From Podarcis gaigeae (lineage: Eukaryota): 64,000 nt of DNA. Positions 14,021-26,536 of the stretch are shown one piece after another. Both the position numbers and the translations under genes were made by a program. The notes under the pieces are model-generated. The model was not told the origin of the DNA, searched no databases, and saw only the letters and a program-made list of their open reading frames with translations. The stretch lies in NCBI GenBank assembly GCA_964106915.2, contig OZ066915.1, one strand, 5' to 3'. The stretch's first letter is position 1, and each line of letters begins with the position of its first letter.

Positions 14021-14080
<60 letters not shown>
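14021..14080. repeat. (GT)13-GCGCGC-(AC)14 palindromic microsatellite
   Basis: Read directly from the sequence. Confidence 0.95.
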
Positions 14081-14082
<2 letters not shown>

Positions 14083-14309
14083 GGCTACTGCCTCTGCTCA
14101 CCAAGCCCACCAATGAACCAACCACTCTTTCCCCACACCTGACCAAATCCCCCTTCCTTTACACCTCATCCACCCCCTCAGTTATCCCCTCATAGCTCAC
14201 CCAAACCCACTCCCCTCACAGCTTGTCTTGGAGTCACTTCAGAGAGTGATTTGGCCTGTTGGTGGTCTTGTGAACTGCAGCATGACTACAGTCTTGCAGT
14301 TTTATTAAA

Positions 14310-14312
<3 letters not shown>

Positions 14313-14349
<37 letters not shown>
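14313..14349. repeat. (GT)n microsatellite
   Basis: Read directly. Confidence 0.95.
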
Positions 14350-14351
<2 letters not shown>

Positions 14352-15542
14352 GTCCTGAATTTAACAAATGGGTCTGCCACTGTCCATTTGAGCCTTGGAG
14401 GCAAACACAGGATACGGGTTCCACGATGAGCATTGATCTCTCTTTCAAATGGTTAGGTGCTATTTGAAAAACTCTCTAGTCTTACATTTTCCACTGTTTA
14501 GTCAGTGGTCCCTGATGAAATGTTTCTGTGCTGTTTTTTGGCCCTTCCTCCTCAACCATTTCCCGTCCTTCACTGCCGTTTCCCATTCTGAGCATGCATG
14601 CATGCATTAAAAAAAATATATATCACAGGAGATGAACAAGATTAGATATCACAAGCCTCTAATAATCATGTTTCACAATGGGCAATATGCAGGCTTGTGC
14701 TTTTGAGGGTGGGAGGAGCAGTTTCCATTGGGAGCCTTTTTAACAATAGAGGTCTTATTCAAGACTGATATTCAGCTATTCCAAAATTCTGTTAGAGGTC
14801 TTATGTAAAAGCTCTGTATTTATTTATTAACACACACAGTCCTGAGATAGTTTCCAAGGTAGTTCCACCACATATGTTGAAAGATCATGCAAGATGAGCT
14901 CCTGAAATTCCAGCATTCCTTCAGCATGCAGCAATAGGTGGAAATGGTCACGCTCATATCGTTTAGACTGACAGAAACGAAATGACTAGGTTGTGGTCTG
15001 ATGAGAAGCAAACAGCAGTAAGGGTATGATGATAGACACCACCCACCAAAACATTTACTGTGCACATGACAAACTGCTCACCCCAAAAATGTGCTAACAA
15101 GCTTTCACACCAGTGGTGATGGTTGGAGTATAACAAGTTGTTTTTCCTTAATGCATTTTCCTTGATAAGAGGAAATCCAGATTAAATGTAGCAAAAGAAG
15201 TATGGGCAGGCATTTTGATCGCAGCAGTGGCCTGTGGGAGGTGCAGAAAGCTTGTGTGCATGAGCAATATGCCTCTGTCTGGAAGGACCAGTTATCAAAT
15301 TTCTCTAGCAGATTTCCCATCAGTTCTGTTAGAAACCCTTTTCCCAAGAATTCCTGCAGATATGGTGCTCTATAAGTGAGACAGGTGAATTTCACTTATG
15401 CATTCAGCTTCAAGGTGTGTCTCAAAATATGGATATAGCAAAATGAACAATAAGATTTCAGCAGTGGTGTCAATATTCAACCTGTGAGGAATTATATTGG
15501 TGCTGTACTCCGCTCCCAGAAACTGCTGCTTTGTTCACTATA

Positions 15543-15904
15543 AGGTAAAGGTAAAGGTACCCCTGCCCGTACGGGCCAGTCTTGACAGACTCTGGGGTTG
15601 TGCGCCCATCTCACTTAAGAGGCCAGGGGCCAGCGCTGTCCGGAGACACTTCCGGGTCACGTGGCCAGCGTGACATCGCTGCTCTGGCGAGCCAGAGCTG
15701 CACACGGAAACGCTGTTTACCTTCCCGCTGGTAAGCGGTCCCTATTTATCTACTTGCACCCGGAGGTGCTTTCGAACTGCTAGGTTGGCAGGCGCTGGGA
15801 CCGAGCAGCGGGAGCGCACCCCGCCGCAGGGATTCGAACCGCCGACCTTTCGATCGGCAAGTCCTAGGCGCTGAGGCTTTAACCCACAGCGCCACCTGCG
15901 TCCC
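15543..15904 (-). mobile_element. Sauria/Squam1 SINE, subfamily A, full length
   Basis: GGGACGC head, B box GGTTCGAATCC, (ACCTTT)n tail. 13-bp TSD tttgttcactata at 15530-42 and 15907-19. Confidence 0.92.
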
Positions 15905-16406
15905 TATTTGTTCACTATAGTACCGTATATAAGAGACTAGCAGTAAACTTGACATTATTCAAGTGCCATTATCTAAAATTAATCACCAACATCCAGCAGT
16001 TTGTTGATTTCCCCAAATACCCCTTTCAGCCTTGATCTTCCATTCCAGCATAGCAATAAATTATTTGACTATTTTATTTAGGAATTCAAATAATCACAGC
16101 TTGTGTGTTGAGTGAAGAGGAGTGGAGTGGGGGAAACCCTCAATGCAATGTCTGTCTGCAGGTCCACTGCATGAACCAGCACGTTTAGAGACTCATCTCA
16201 CCTTCATACTGTTGACTGAGAAACAGGTCAATGTGCATGCAGTAAATATAACAGCCCTCATAAACTGTGAATCTGTATTTAGAACTGTTGGAATGAATTG
16301 GCGGTCTTGGCACTGCCATGCTGCATGCTCTTGCTGTCAATTTATGGAGCCTTTTCCTCATTTTACAGGCCTTGGCATCCACTTTCTTGTTACTTTTATT
16401 TATAAC

Positions 16407-17188
16407 CAGCGGCGTAGCGTGGGTTATCAGCACCCGGGGCAAGGCAAGTAATTTGCGCCCCCTAACCCGGGGCAAGGCAAGTAATTTGCGCCCCGTAACC
16501 CGGGGCAAGGCAAGTACAGTAATTTACTCTCCCAAGCAGCAGCAGCGAGGCTTCTCTTTCCCCCGCGCTCTCCCGGAGCTGCCTCTTTTCTTTCCTTTTT
16601 TCCCTTTCTCCAAGGCTTTTCGCTTTCTCTCCTTAATTGATTCCCCCTCCACACCGCAGCGTTTCCTGGCTGCTTCCCCCCCCCCTTCCCCTCTCTCTCC
16701 TCCTCGCTCTGCTTGCCTTGCCCTGCCCTGCCTGAGGGCGCCCTGAGGAGACTCCGCTCTCCTTTCTGACCAGGCGAGGTAGAAAAAAGGGGGGAAAGTC
16801 TCTTCCCGCCCCCTCGCCAGACTCCCGGCTCCGCTCGGCTAGGCTCACTACCCAGGCGGCCAGTGGAGAGAGAGCAGCAATTACCATAAAGTTCCTCTCC
16901 CTCCACTTCGCCAAGCTGTCAAAGCCCGGCAGCAGCGGCAACGGCAGCAGCAGGCGCAGCCAGACCCCCACCAGCCCGCCCGCCCGCCCGGCTTCCTCTC
17001 CTTTTTTTGCCCACGGCAGAAGGCTTTGCTCTCCCCCTTCTGCGACCTCCTCGCCAAGCCGAGCGAGCGCGGGCTCCCTAACCCGTGGATTTTAGTAGGG
17101 GCAGAGAGCTGCTAGTGCGAGTGCGCCCCCCGCCCAAGTTGCGCCCGGTGCGGCCGGCACCCCTGGCACCCCCCACGCTACGCCACTG
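16407..17188. mobile_element. Young non-autonomous hAT-type transposon with CpG-rich interior
   Basis: TIRs CAGCGGCGTAGCGTGGG / CCCACGCTACGCCACTG. Perfect 8-bp TSD tttataac at 16399-406 and 17189-96. Subterminal 33-bp tandem repeats at 16432-16516. Confidence 0.88.
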
Positions 17189-18125
17189 TTTATAACAGAA
17201 GATCTTTCAAGTTGTGCCTTGAGCAGGAGGGGGATAAAAAGCATTGCATCATTACCTACTTTGGAAATGGCTTTTAAATATGTTTTTAATGACTTGGTTC
17301 TATCTGTACCTGTTGGTTTTACTGTGAGTGCTTCCTTTCCCTTCTAACTTGTTTGCCTAGAGATAAGCTATACTGTTTGATGCAGCCATTTGAAACCAAT
17401 CAAACTTAAAGATTCTGCTGCTTTTCTGTCCCAATTGCCTGTGAAGTTTTGCTCCCCAAAGGTTTTGTGTATACCTTCTGTGACACAGCTGTTCTTTTTC
17501 CTCCCAACTGTGTTTGTGTAACAAGACCACATTCGTCATCTGGATTGATTTACCAACAACTTACAACCTCTTGGTTTTGCTAGACATGAATTGAGACCAG
17601 TGGGAATGACTTGCTTTTAAACTATTTTTGTATTGTGTGCTAAAAGGTAAAAAATGTATTAAGATTTAACCAACCTTGTTAGCTCTACACCATAGCATCA
17701 CTGCAGCCCAGGGGAGCTATAGGAACAACAGAAACATAATAAACTCCTGAACCCTGGATGTCAAAGAAGATGGAAACTCTTTAAATATGAGGGGTAACTG
17801 GGAACCAAGGTCTCTGAAATAAGGAATCCATTGAGAACCACCACAATTTTTGTTGAGAGAAGGAAGTATATTTCAAAGAGAACTAGAACTATTTTTCTTC
17901 AGATAGAATTATCTTCCAGAGAATTAGCATGCCTGTTTCTCTTGTTGCATGAAGGCTAGTGGGAAATGTTATCTGAAATAATAACATCTTATATAAGCAA
18001 TAATAGGCTCTAAGAGTGGAAAAGTACAAGATTCAAGGTTCAGTACCTAACTCTGTAGTATAAATAAAATCTGCAGATACAAATAGTCTTAGTTTTGTAG
18101 GTCCACCCCCTTCCTTTCAGCTGTA

Positions 18126-18357
18126 CAGTGGTACCTCGGGTTACATACGCTTCAGGTTACATACGCTTCAGGTTATAGACTCCGCTAACCCAGAAATAGT
18201 GCTTCAGGTTAAGAACTTTGCTTCAGGATGAGAACAGAAATCGTGCTCCGGCGGTGCGGCAGCAGCAGGAGGCCCCATTAGCTAAAAGGTTAAGAACAGT
18301 TTCAGGTTAAGAACAGACATCCGGAACGAATTAAGTACTTAACCCGAGGTACCACTG
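18126..18357. mobile_element. Tigger-like MITE family 1 (opposite orientation to 8000)
   Basis: TA|CAGTGGTACCTCGGGTT...AACCCGAGGTACCACTG|TA. Confidence 0.9.
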
Positions 18358-19870
18358 TACCTATTTAGCACTGATCTTCTCCCACCTTTGGCTATGCATC
18401 ATCTTCAGAGAATCATATAGAATACCTCTATGCTTCTTGAGTCTGTCCCATATATTTAGAACTAAAGAGGAGGGCTTTACTCCAGGGCATGTAGTGGGGT
18501 TCGTATATAGGCCTCAGCCCTGTCACATCTCTATTTAGAAATTAAACTCTGTCCACGTCTTTCAGTGTTCTGAGAGTGTGGTTTTTAAATATTTTAATTT
18601 TAAAGGTAATACTTAAGGTTGTTGTCATTCTGTAGCTAAATGTTGTATAGACCTCTGTACTTGTACAGTTTCACCGCTACTGGCATTCCTTGTTACAAAG
18701 ATCTCTGGGAAGGATCTAAAGCAGAAACTTTGGATAACTGCTTTTCATCAAAAGAAAAAATGCCAGACTAGATGGGGAAATGGTCTGACTTAGTAGAAGC
18801 AGCATCTTGTCCCTGTAGAAAGCTGTAGGTTGAAGAAGGAGGTGCACGGTTGTGAGCACTATAATGATTTTGAGTAGCGATTGGAGATGGTTGCCACCAT
18901 TTTCAGAACAATCGAAATGTGTGTGGTGGGGTAGAATTGTGAAGGGTGTTGTGAGTGGAGCATCTGTGCACATGTAGTTAGAGGCAGCTGAAAAGGTTCA
19001 GGAAAATTGAGGAAACCTGACCACTGGGGTCGCCAGAGGTGTGATTAACATGCTCTATATTAATTTGAAAATATATTTCTTACAAAGTATGTTAAAGTTT
19101 GTGTGCATGGGGTAGTTCTAGGATGAAAAGTAGTGGGTGCAAACAAATTATTTAATGCAAATCTCTTATATGCTAGTTGGCAACTTACAAAATATCTAGG
19201 AATTGGTTGAGCTGAATGGGGTGAGAGGTTGACGATGTGGACTATGCTTTCTACTATATATAGCTGAATGGTAATCCCAGCTGTAGCTGGTATTTGTGGG
19301 TCTCTGCCCATCTTGGATTTGTTAAGGAGTGGAGAAGATGTGATTGTTAAGTGCCGGCTTTAATTGTGTCCTCTGTTTGCTTTGATCTGTATTAAGCTGG
19401 AATCTAATATGGTGGTGCTACTTGCCATGATGCAGTGATATGGCGGTACAGTTAAGAGTATCGTGGTATCAATATGGAAATCATGTGCTTTTGTGGGCAG
19501 AGGCAGGAAGCAGTTTCTAGAAATAATGGTTCCAGATAAGAAGTGGAAACCAAATCTCTTTCTTGCTATTTCTATGCAACAGTAATTGGAACTCATTATT
19601 ACCGCATTTGTATTGGGCTTGTAAAACATTTACATGGGTGACTTACTTTAATGGCTAGAGCCGGTCTTGTTTAATGTCAACATAATGACATGGAAAACAC
19701 ACATTAGTGATAAACAGGTTTTATTCTGAAAATAGATGTGCAAATTTAAATATCTTCCTCCTTAAAAACAAACAAAAGAACCTCAACTCTTTGGAAGAAA
19801 ATATATTTGCCATTAGATTTTGAGGGAGAAGGGGCAGTAGCACAACTCTGCTAAAGGAAACCAGTTCGTT

Positions 19871-19875
<5 letters not shown>

Positions 19876-19931
<56 letters not shown>

Positions 19932-19941
19932 ACACACACAC
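19876..19941. repeat. (CT)n(CA)n compound microsatellite
   Basis: Read directly. Confidence 0.92.
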
Positions 19942-21896
19942 AGACACCACTTCCAATGCATTAAGAGCGTGTGGAGGGATGGACCTCAGTGTAAAGAACT
20001 ATGTACTTTATTGTACGACAGAAGTTGTCCAGTTCCTGACGTGTGCTGGTGGCTTTCTTGGAACATGCATCCTTTCAGTGCCTAACTCAGGGTATTCTAT
20101 CACAACTTCTGCGTAGCTGTGTAGTGGGTTAAGTGCTTATGTTAGCTGGCTATTGGATAAAAACCATTAGGAATAAAATCCTTAGATAAAGCAGCCTACA
20201 CTTGGGTGCAATGTTGTCAGGCCTGTTTTATTTTTAAATAAAAGGATGCAATCTTAAATGTACATAGCACAGGCACAGAGCAGACACAACACTGGTAAGG
20301 AAAGAGACCAGCACAGAACATGCAGGAGGTCTGAGGTGAAGCATGGTAATGAGGGGAAGGGGATGACATAGAGATTAGGAGTAGATGACCTGAATGAGGA
20401 ACTTGTGTGCCTGGTTTCTGAGTTTCACCATTTTTTGTGTGCTTTCATACTTTTCTTTGCAGCCACAGGGCCTGGAACTGTCCCCTTTCCCTCTTTGATA
20501 AATTGAAAGCTGGCTATTGCCAAATCTCAAACTTGCATGGTAAATCACAGGGGAAGTGTTAACTCCCAAGATGCTTCCCAGGGTGCCAGTTGACTAGGCA
20601 AGTGATCATTACAGTAAGTTTGTGTGGGTACCTGTGGTCTCAGCCATCCTCCTTCCTTTCTCATTGTGTGAACTGATGCAATCATGGTAGCCTTTCTCAG
20701 TGGAAGGAGGTGTTTGTTTATGAACATTTTATTTTTTCTGCTTTATATGTGCACTGTGATCACCTACTACTAACTGAATCAGAAATGTAACAACCAGCAA
20801 ACTTACTAAACACATTTCTTGAATTAGTAACACATGCCTATCAGTGTGTACATATCTGTATCATTATCTAGGCTCACAAACTAAAAATAGACTGTTACTT
20901 TGCACCATGTATACCTTGGAACTAAAGACAGAATGGAAGGCAGTACTACATCTCTGTGTTTTTAGCAGGACATAGTATTCCCAGTAGCTACCCTGCTTTC
21001 TGTACTTGGCGGCTTTACTAAGTTCTTCATTTAATATACAGTTACTACTATGCAGTGTCTCTAGGCCAGCTTCACTACATTCTGTAAGTAGAAACTCTTT
21101 AGTAATGTTACAAACCAACAAAGTAAAATGTGGAGTTGATTTTTTCCCCCAACGGCTGTTAGCAGAAATTTCAGAAATTATTCCATTAACAATATTAAGC
21201 CGCCATCTGGAAACATCCTATGTAGATATTGTATATCAAAGTCTTCTACTCTTGTTTACTACCCTGCACAAAGATGCTTATGTGGAAGGCTTCCCTCCCC
21301 TCTACATAAGCAAGGCTTTTGTGCTCTCTTTTATTGAAAGTTTGTACAAAACCGTAACTACAATACAAAATCCAGAAGAATGCACATTTTTCACCTGAGA
21401 TATTGATGATGAAAAGTGGAAGCTGTGGCCAGTAATCTTTGGTTAGTGTTGTTTTCCCTTGTGCAACACAGCTGTTTTCAGTTAGGAAGCAGAAATACAG
21501 ATTCTGACTTCCTTTGAGCTGATTCACACATCGCTGTTTGGTATAAAAACATGCAGTGGAATGATGCATACATTTAAATGTTGGGTTTCCCCCCACAATA
21601 AATAAAAAACCAGTGATCAGAAAAGGAAGGTGTGTATTGGCACTCTGCATCTTCTAAAAAAAGGTGAATTAATGTCTGTTCATGACAACAGACTTATGGT
21701 GAGCAGTGGCAAATACCAGGTCAAAGGTATGTCCAGCAATACATGTTGGACTAGTGATGTACTGAGATATTCATAGAGGCTCTGAAGTCCTGAGGCAGCC
21801 ACAGCAGAAATGTTGAAGTCCCCCAATATTTCTCTAGCACTACATCTGAGGCTACATCCACCAGCACAGTTAAGGAAGTTGTAATTCAGATGGGAG

Positions 21897-22260
21897 GGGA
21901 CGCGGGTGGCGCTGTGGGTAAAAGCCTCAGCGCCTAGGGCTTGCCGATCGAAAGGTCGGCGGTTCGAATCCCCGCAGCGGGGTGCGCTCCCGTTGCTCGG
22001 TCCCAGCGCCTGCCAACCTAGCAGTTCGAAAGCACCCTCGGGTGCAAGTAGATAAATAGGGACCGCTTTCTAGCGGGAAGGTAAACGGCGTTTCCGTGTG
22101 CAGCTCTGGCTCGCCAGAGCAGCGATGTCACGCTGGCCACGTGAGCCGGAAGTGTCTCTGGACAGCGCTGGCCCCTGGCCTCTTGAGTGAGATGGGCGCA
22201 CAATCCCAGAGTCTGGCTAGACTGGCCCGTATGGGCAGGGGTACCTTTACCTTTAGCTTT
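21897..22260 (+). mobile_element. Sauria/Squam1 SINE, subfamily A
   Basis: Same consensus. TSD taattcagat at 21882-91 and 22261-70. Confidence 0.92.
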
Positions 22261-23469
22261 TAATTCAGATAGGTGAATGGTACACTTTAAAAATCCCCGT
22301 TCTGTCTCTCTGTCCCAACATGACAAATAAACCCAGAAAGAGTGTGGATTGATCTTCTGGTGAGGGAGATTAATTTTTTTAATGGATGATAGTGACCCTC
22401 CCTGCCCTGGGCCTTCTTACCTGGACTGGTGCTACACAGGTGGCCTTATGCTAACCTTGGTCAGCATAGGGCAACCTAGCCCATCGGCCCCCTCATCTGT
22501 TATCAGCTTGTGGATAATATATGTTGTATTCTGGTTAAACCTGGCATTTAGCAGCAGCACCAAATGTCGGCTCCCCAGATTCTGAGATTAAGTGGCTGAA
22601 ACAAAAGGAGCAAGGGCTGATGTTACAAGCCCCACCATACCTTTACCCACCTCTGTACCTCCGCCAGCCTGCTATCAAAGGGATTATAGCCTGATTCCCC
22701 TCATCCCCCTGTCCCTGACCCAGGCACATAATTGCCTTAAACCACCTCTGATCACAGTGATAGAACACAGACAAAGTAGACAGACATAACCATCTCAACC
22801 AGAAACCACACCAACATGGGGTGTTGCATACTGATTCTGGAAGTGGTGGATCAGGTGTGCGCTCTTCAGAATTTTGGTGCATCAGAATCCTCAAGCATAC
22901 CTAATACAGGTATATAGTGAACATGACTTCTGAGATTTTTGCCTTGGGCAGATAGATAATTACTCAGAGTTTACCAGAAGGCACTAGTTATCTGCTTGAC
23001 CTTTGGCACGATGCAGGTCATATCTTCTATAATCATTCCAGCATCAAAGGCTTTCAAGAGTGCTGAAGTAAACACCACGGTGGCAGAGTCCACCAGTCCC
23101 TTTAAGAGGATTGAGTTGCATGATCCCTGTTAAATAGCACCCTGTAATGTAAGTTTTGGATTTATTGGTTGTGCAGTTGAAACTCAGCATTCCACAATGA
23201 TTTGCAGTTTTAGCTAGCTAGTAAGCAAGAGGTCACAACTGCAGCTGGGGTTGGTTGATGGCAATGATGGAAGAATCCAGTGAATGATGCAACGTCCCTT
23301 AAACGAAGGAATATGCATGCTGCGGTTCTGAAAGAGCCACCAACAAGCCGTCCACTTGTAACCTTGGCTGAATAACTCTGGCCTGTTGTGCAGAGCTGAT
23401 GTAAGACATACTGAGATATTAATGTGAGGTGATGGGAACACTTAAAAGTGCAGTATAGTTTTGAAGTTA

Positions 23470-23714
23470 CGGTCATACTCGGGTTGAAGTAGCTTCAGGT
23501 TAAGCATTTTCGGGTTGCGCTCCATGGTGACCCAGAAGTAACGGAGAGTGTTACTTATGGGTTTTGCCGCTCGCGCATGTGCAGATGCTCAAAATGACGT
23601 CATGCGCGGAAGCGGTGAATCATGACCCGCACCCGTGCGGACGCAGGTTACGTTCGCTTCAGAATGTGAACAGGGCTCCGGAACGTATCCCGTTTGCATC
23701 CACAGGTACCACTG
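23470..23714. mobile_element. Tigger-like MITE family 2
   Basis: TA-flanked. Ends cggtcatactcggg / aggtaccactg. Homologous to the copies at 28600 and 62865. Confidence 0.82.
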
Positions 23715-25948
23715 TATATTGTAATTATCCCATTCATTCTACTGAGTGAAGTGGCAAGAGCACAAGTCTAAACCTCATGCATTCTTCCTGTGCGGGGCAT
23801 GGAAAGGTGAGGCTTGGTTCAATGGGTCTCTGCAGGTAAGCAGTGCCTGCAAAGCACTTTTCAAATGCCCAGCCGTCAGCTGATTCTTGCTGCTTGCGAA
23901 ACCCTGTGCTTGGTGCTTTCCTTTATTTATTTATTAAAATTTTCATTTGATTTGTTTTGTTGAGCTTGGTGCTTTCCAAGTGCCAAGCCCAGAGCTTTCA
24001 AAGCCACTGCCCAAGGATCTTTGCAAGCTTCCTCTGGAAACGGGCATTTGGCGGGGAGCGAGAGACAATCCTGGAAGCAGATTAAATTAAAAGCACTTTG
24101 AAGACAAACCACTTCTCTGTAGAAGGGGAAATGCTCCAGTTTTAGAATTTTTTATATTTTTGTACCTGGGATTCAGTGCCACAAGGCCGGGTGGCATTAG
24201 CTTAGATAGCTTGGAGAAGATAGTATTAGTTGGAATTGCTTTAGATGTCCCTAGTCTAATAGCTGCAACATGAAAACAGTGTGATATTAAGCAAAGAAAA
24301 AGCCAACTGGAATATAGTGTATATTTCAAACCTTTCAGTCTTACAAGTAAAACAAAAAATTGCCCTGCATTGCCTCTGCACATGCACATGCACATTCCAC
24401 CCTAAAATTTCTGTAATCCCAAGCACTACAGCATAATAGGAGCCAGTGTGAACCCTGGTGCTAGTATAAAAGTAATATTCAGGATCTTGTGGCTGGAACC
24501 TGCTCAACAAGACACAGTTAGACTGAATAAACAGTTCCACTTTTTCGTAATGTTAAATTGAATGCCACACAAATGGACTCTTGGGATTCTCATAAACCTA
24601 TAATTTGACCACAATGGACAGCTTGAAACAGTTTGCTCTCAAATTAGGACTGTAAAAGAACTACCTATAGTGACACTGCTTCTGTTGATTTGTTTAACTC
24701 TCCCAAACAAGTAGTGCCTCTGTGGTCCTCAACAGTTTTTTGAAATAGGCGTAAAACATTTTTAGCAAACCTGAACCACTTCATATTCCATGTACTCTGG
24801 AACAATTATGGGGTCAGTAGTCTTGTAGTGTTTAATCTCTCTCTCTCTGCCTTAACTAAACCAGCAGGGTCTGATTTAACCCTGTTAAAGTGAATGAGAA
24901 ACTGAAATGACCAGATGCCTAAGCTAACTGAGGTCAATTCTATCCCAAGCCACTTCTCAAAATAAAATAGAGAAAATAACAAGGCATTTTAAGTGTATCG
25001 TAAGTTATATTTTTGTGTGTTTATACCTAAAGAGAACTGGAATAGATTTCTATCTTCATTTTTTTTAAAAGAAAAGGTACATTCCTGTGTACAAAAATAA
25101 ATAGGTAACTAAATTATAAAGCGCTTCAGTGATCTGTTGCACTTCTGTAGTAAATTTTATTAATTTGTGTGCAAAAGAAACAGCAATTTTAGGTATTCTT
25201 CATTTTAGTTATTGACTAGAATTATGAAACATACCTTCAAATTGACCACAGAGAGGGGTACACAAAGGAAAAATGGAAAGAAGGACTTCCTCCTCTCAGG
25301 GCAATTTCCAACACTGAACATTATCTGTCATTGAATTGTTATGTCCAATTGGTTATTGTTTGTTTTGTTTGCTCTAGACACTAATGTGCAAACAAAATAC
25401 TGAAAGTAGACATTAAATGCTGGTGCATTATCCCATTGTTCCTTTTTAAAGCATGAAAACGACTTCTGGGGGGGCAGCTAGGCATAATTCACTTATCCCA
25501 GAGCCCAGACTGCATATATTAATGTTGGAGAAAATGTGTTATTTCTTGTGGAAAAATCTGTGATCGCTTATGTAAACAGCATGTGGTTACATGAGACTCA
25601 TGAGCACATGAGCTGAGGATCAGTACTCCCTTCTTCCTCCCATTGACTGCCACCACCAGCACCACCCACTTTTAATATATTTTTAGATCTTTTGTGTTTC
25701 CAAATTTTAAAAGTGCCATTGAGGAAATGCTCTTCATGGCTGTGTTTAGAGCTGCTATGCTTTGCAGCTTTCCCCACAGCTTCCTACAGTGCTGTCCTCC
25801 CTCTCCCTCTCTGCTGAAGGAGAAGGCAGCTTCATAATATGTTAGGAGAGGCTGCAGGACAGTTGCCTCTCTTCAACAAGGCTGCTGCCTTACCCCATAA
25901 TGTGGAAGCTTGTTATCAAGCCATGGAGGACAGATGGAAGTAAAAGAA

Positions 25949-26067
25949 GGGCCATAGCGCATTGGCACACCATGTGCCTTGCATGCAAAGGATCACAGGT
26001 TCAATCCTTCCTCAGCATCTCAAGCAAGGGGATAGGAATTGTCCCCTGCATGAAAACCTGGAGCCGC

Positions 26068-26102
<35 letters not shown>

Positions 26103-26536
26103 AAAAAACAACAACCACTAAGCTAGTAGGGATGCGGGTGGCACTGTGGGTTAAACCACAGAGCCTAGGACTTGCCGATCAGAAGGTCGGTGGTTTGAAT
26201 CCCCGCAACGGGGTGAGCTCCCATTGCTCGGCCCCAGCTCCTGCCAACCTAGCAATTCAAAAGCACATCAAAGTGCAAGTAGATAAATAGGTACCACTCC
26301 GGTGGGAAGGTAAACGACGTTTCTGTGCGCTGCTCTGGCTCGCCAGAAGCGGCTTAGTCATGCTGGCCACATGACCCGGAAGCTGTACACCAGCTCCCTC
26401 TGCCAGTAAAGCAAGATGAGCGTCGCAACCCCAGAGTCGTCCGTGACTGGACCTAATGGTCAGGGGTCCCTTTACCTTTACTAAGCTAGATGGACCAGTT
26501 GCCTGCCTCAGTATAAGACAGTTTCTGGTATTCCTA
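25949..26536 (+). mobile_element. Older tRNA-derived SINE (Squam3-like) interrupted by a Sauria SINE and (CTGT)n
   Basis: Head gggccatagc...caggttcaatcc, and tail agctagatggacca...cagtataagacagtttc resumes after the nested SINE. Confidence 0.7.
26129..26479 (+). mobile_element. Sauria/Squam1 SINE, subfamily B, nested in an older SINE
   Basis: Diagnostic aaaccacagagcctagg and ggacctaatggtcaggggtccc. TSD actaagctag at 26117-26 and 26480-89. Confidence 0.92.

Noticed and set aside
16432-16516. 33-bp repeats resembling a CRISPR array
   Set aside because: Eukaryotic DNA, head-to-tail units without unique spacers; they are transposon subterminal repeats.
16122-16971. Cluster of 100-160 aa ORFs, and the CpG island as the native VDR promoter
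   Set aside because: The region is bounded by TIRs and an 8-bp TSD, so it is an insertion. The ORFs are low-complexity.
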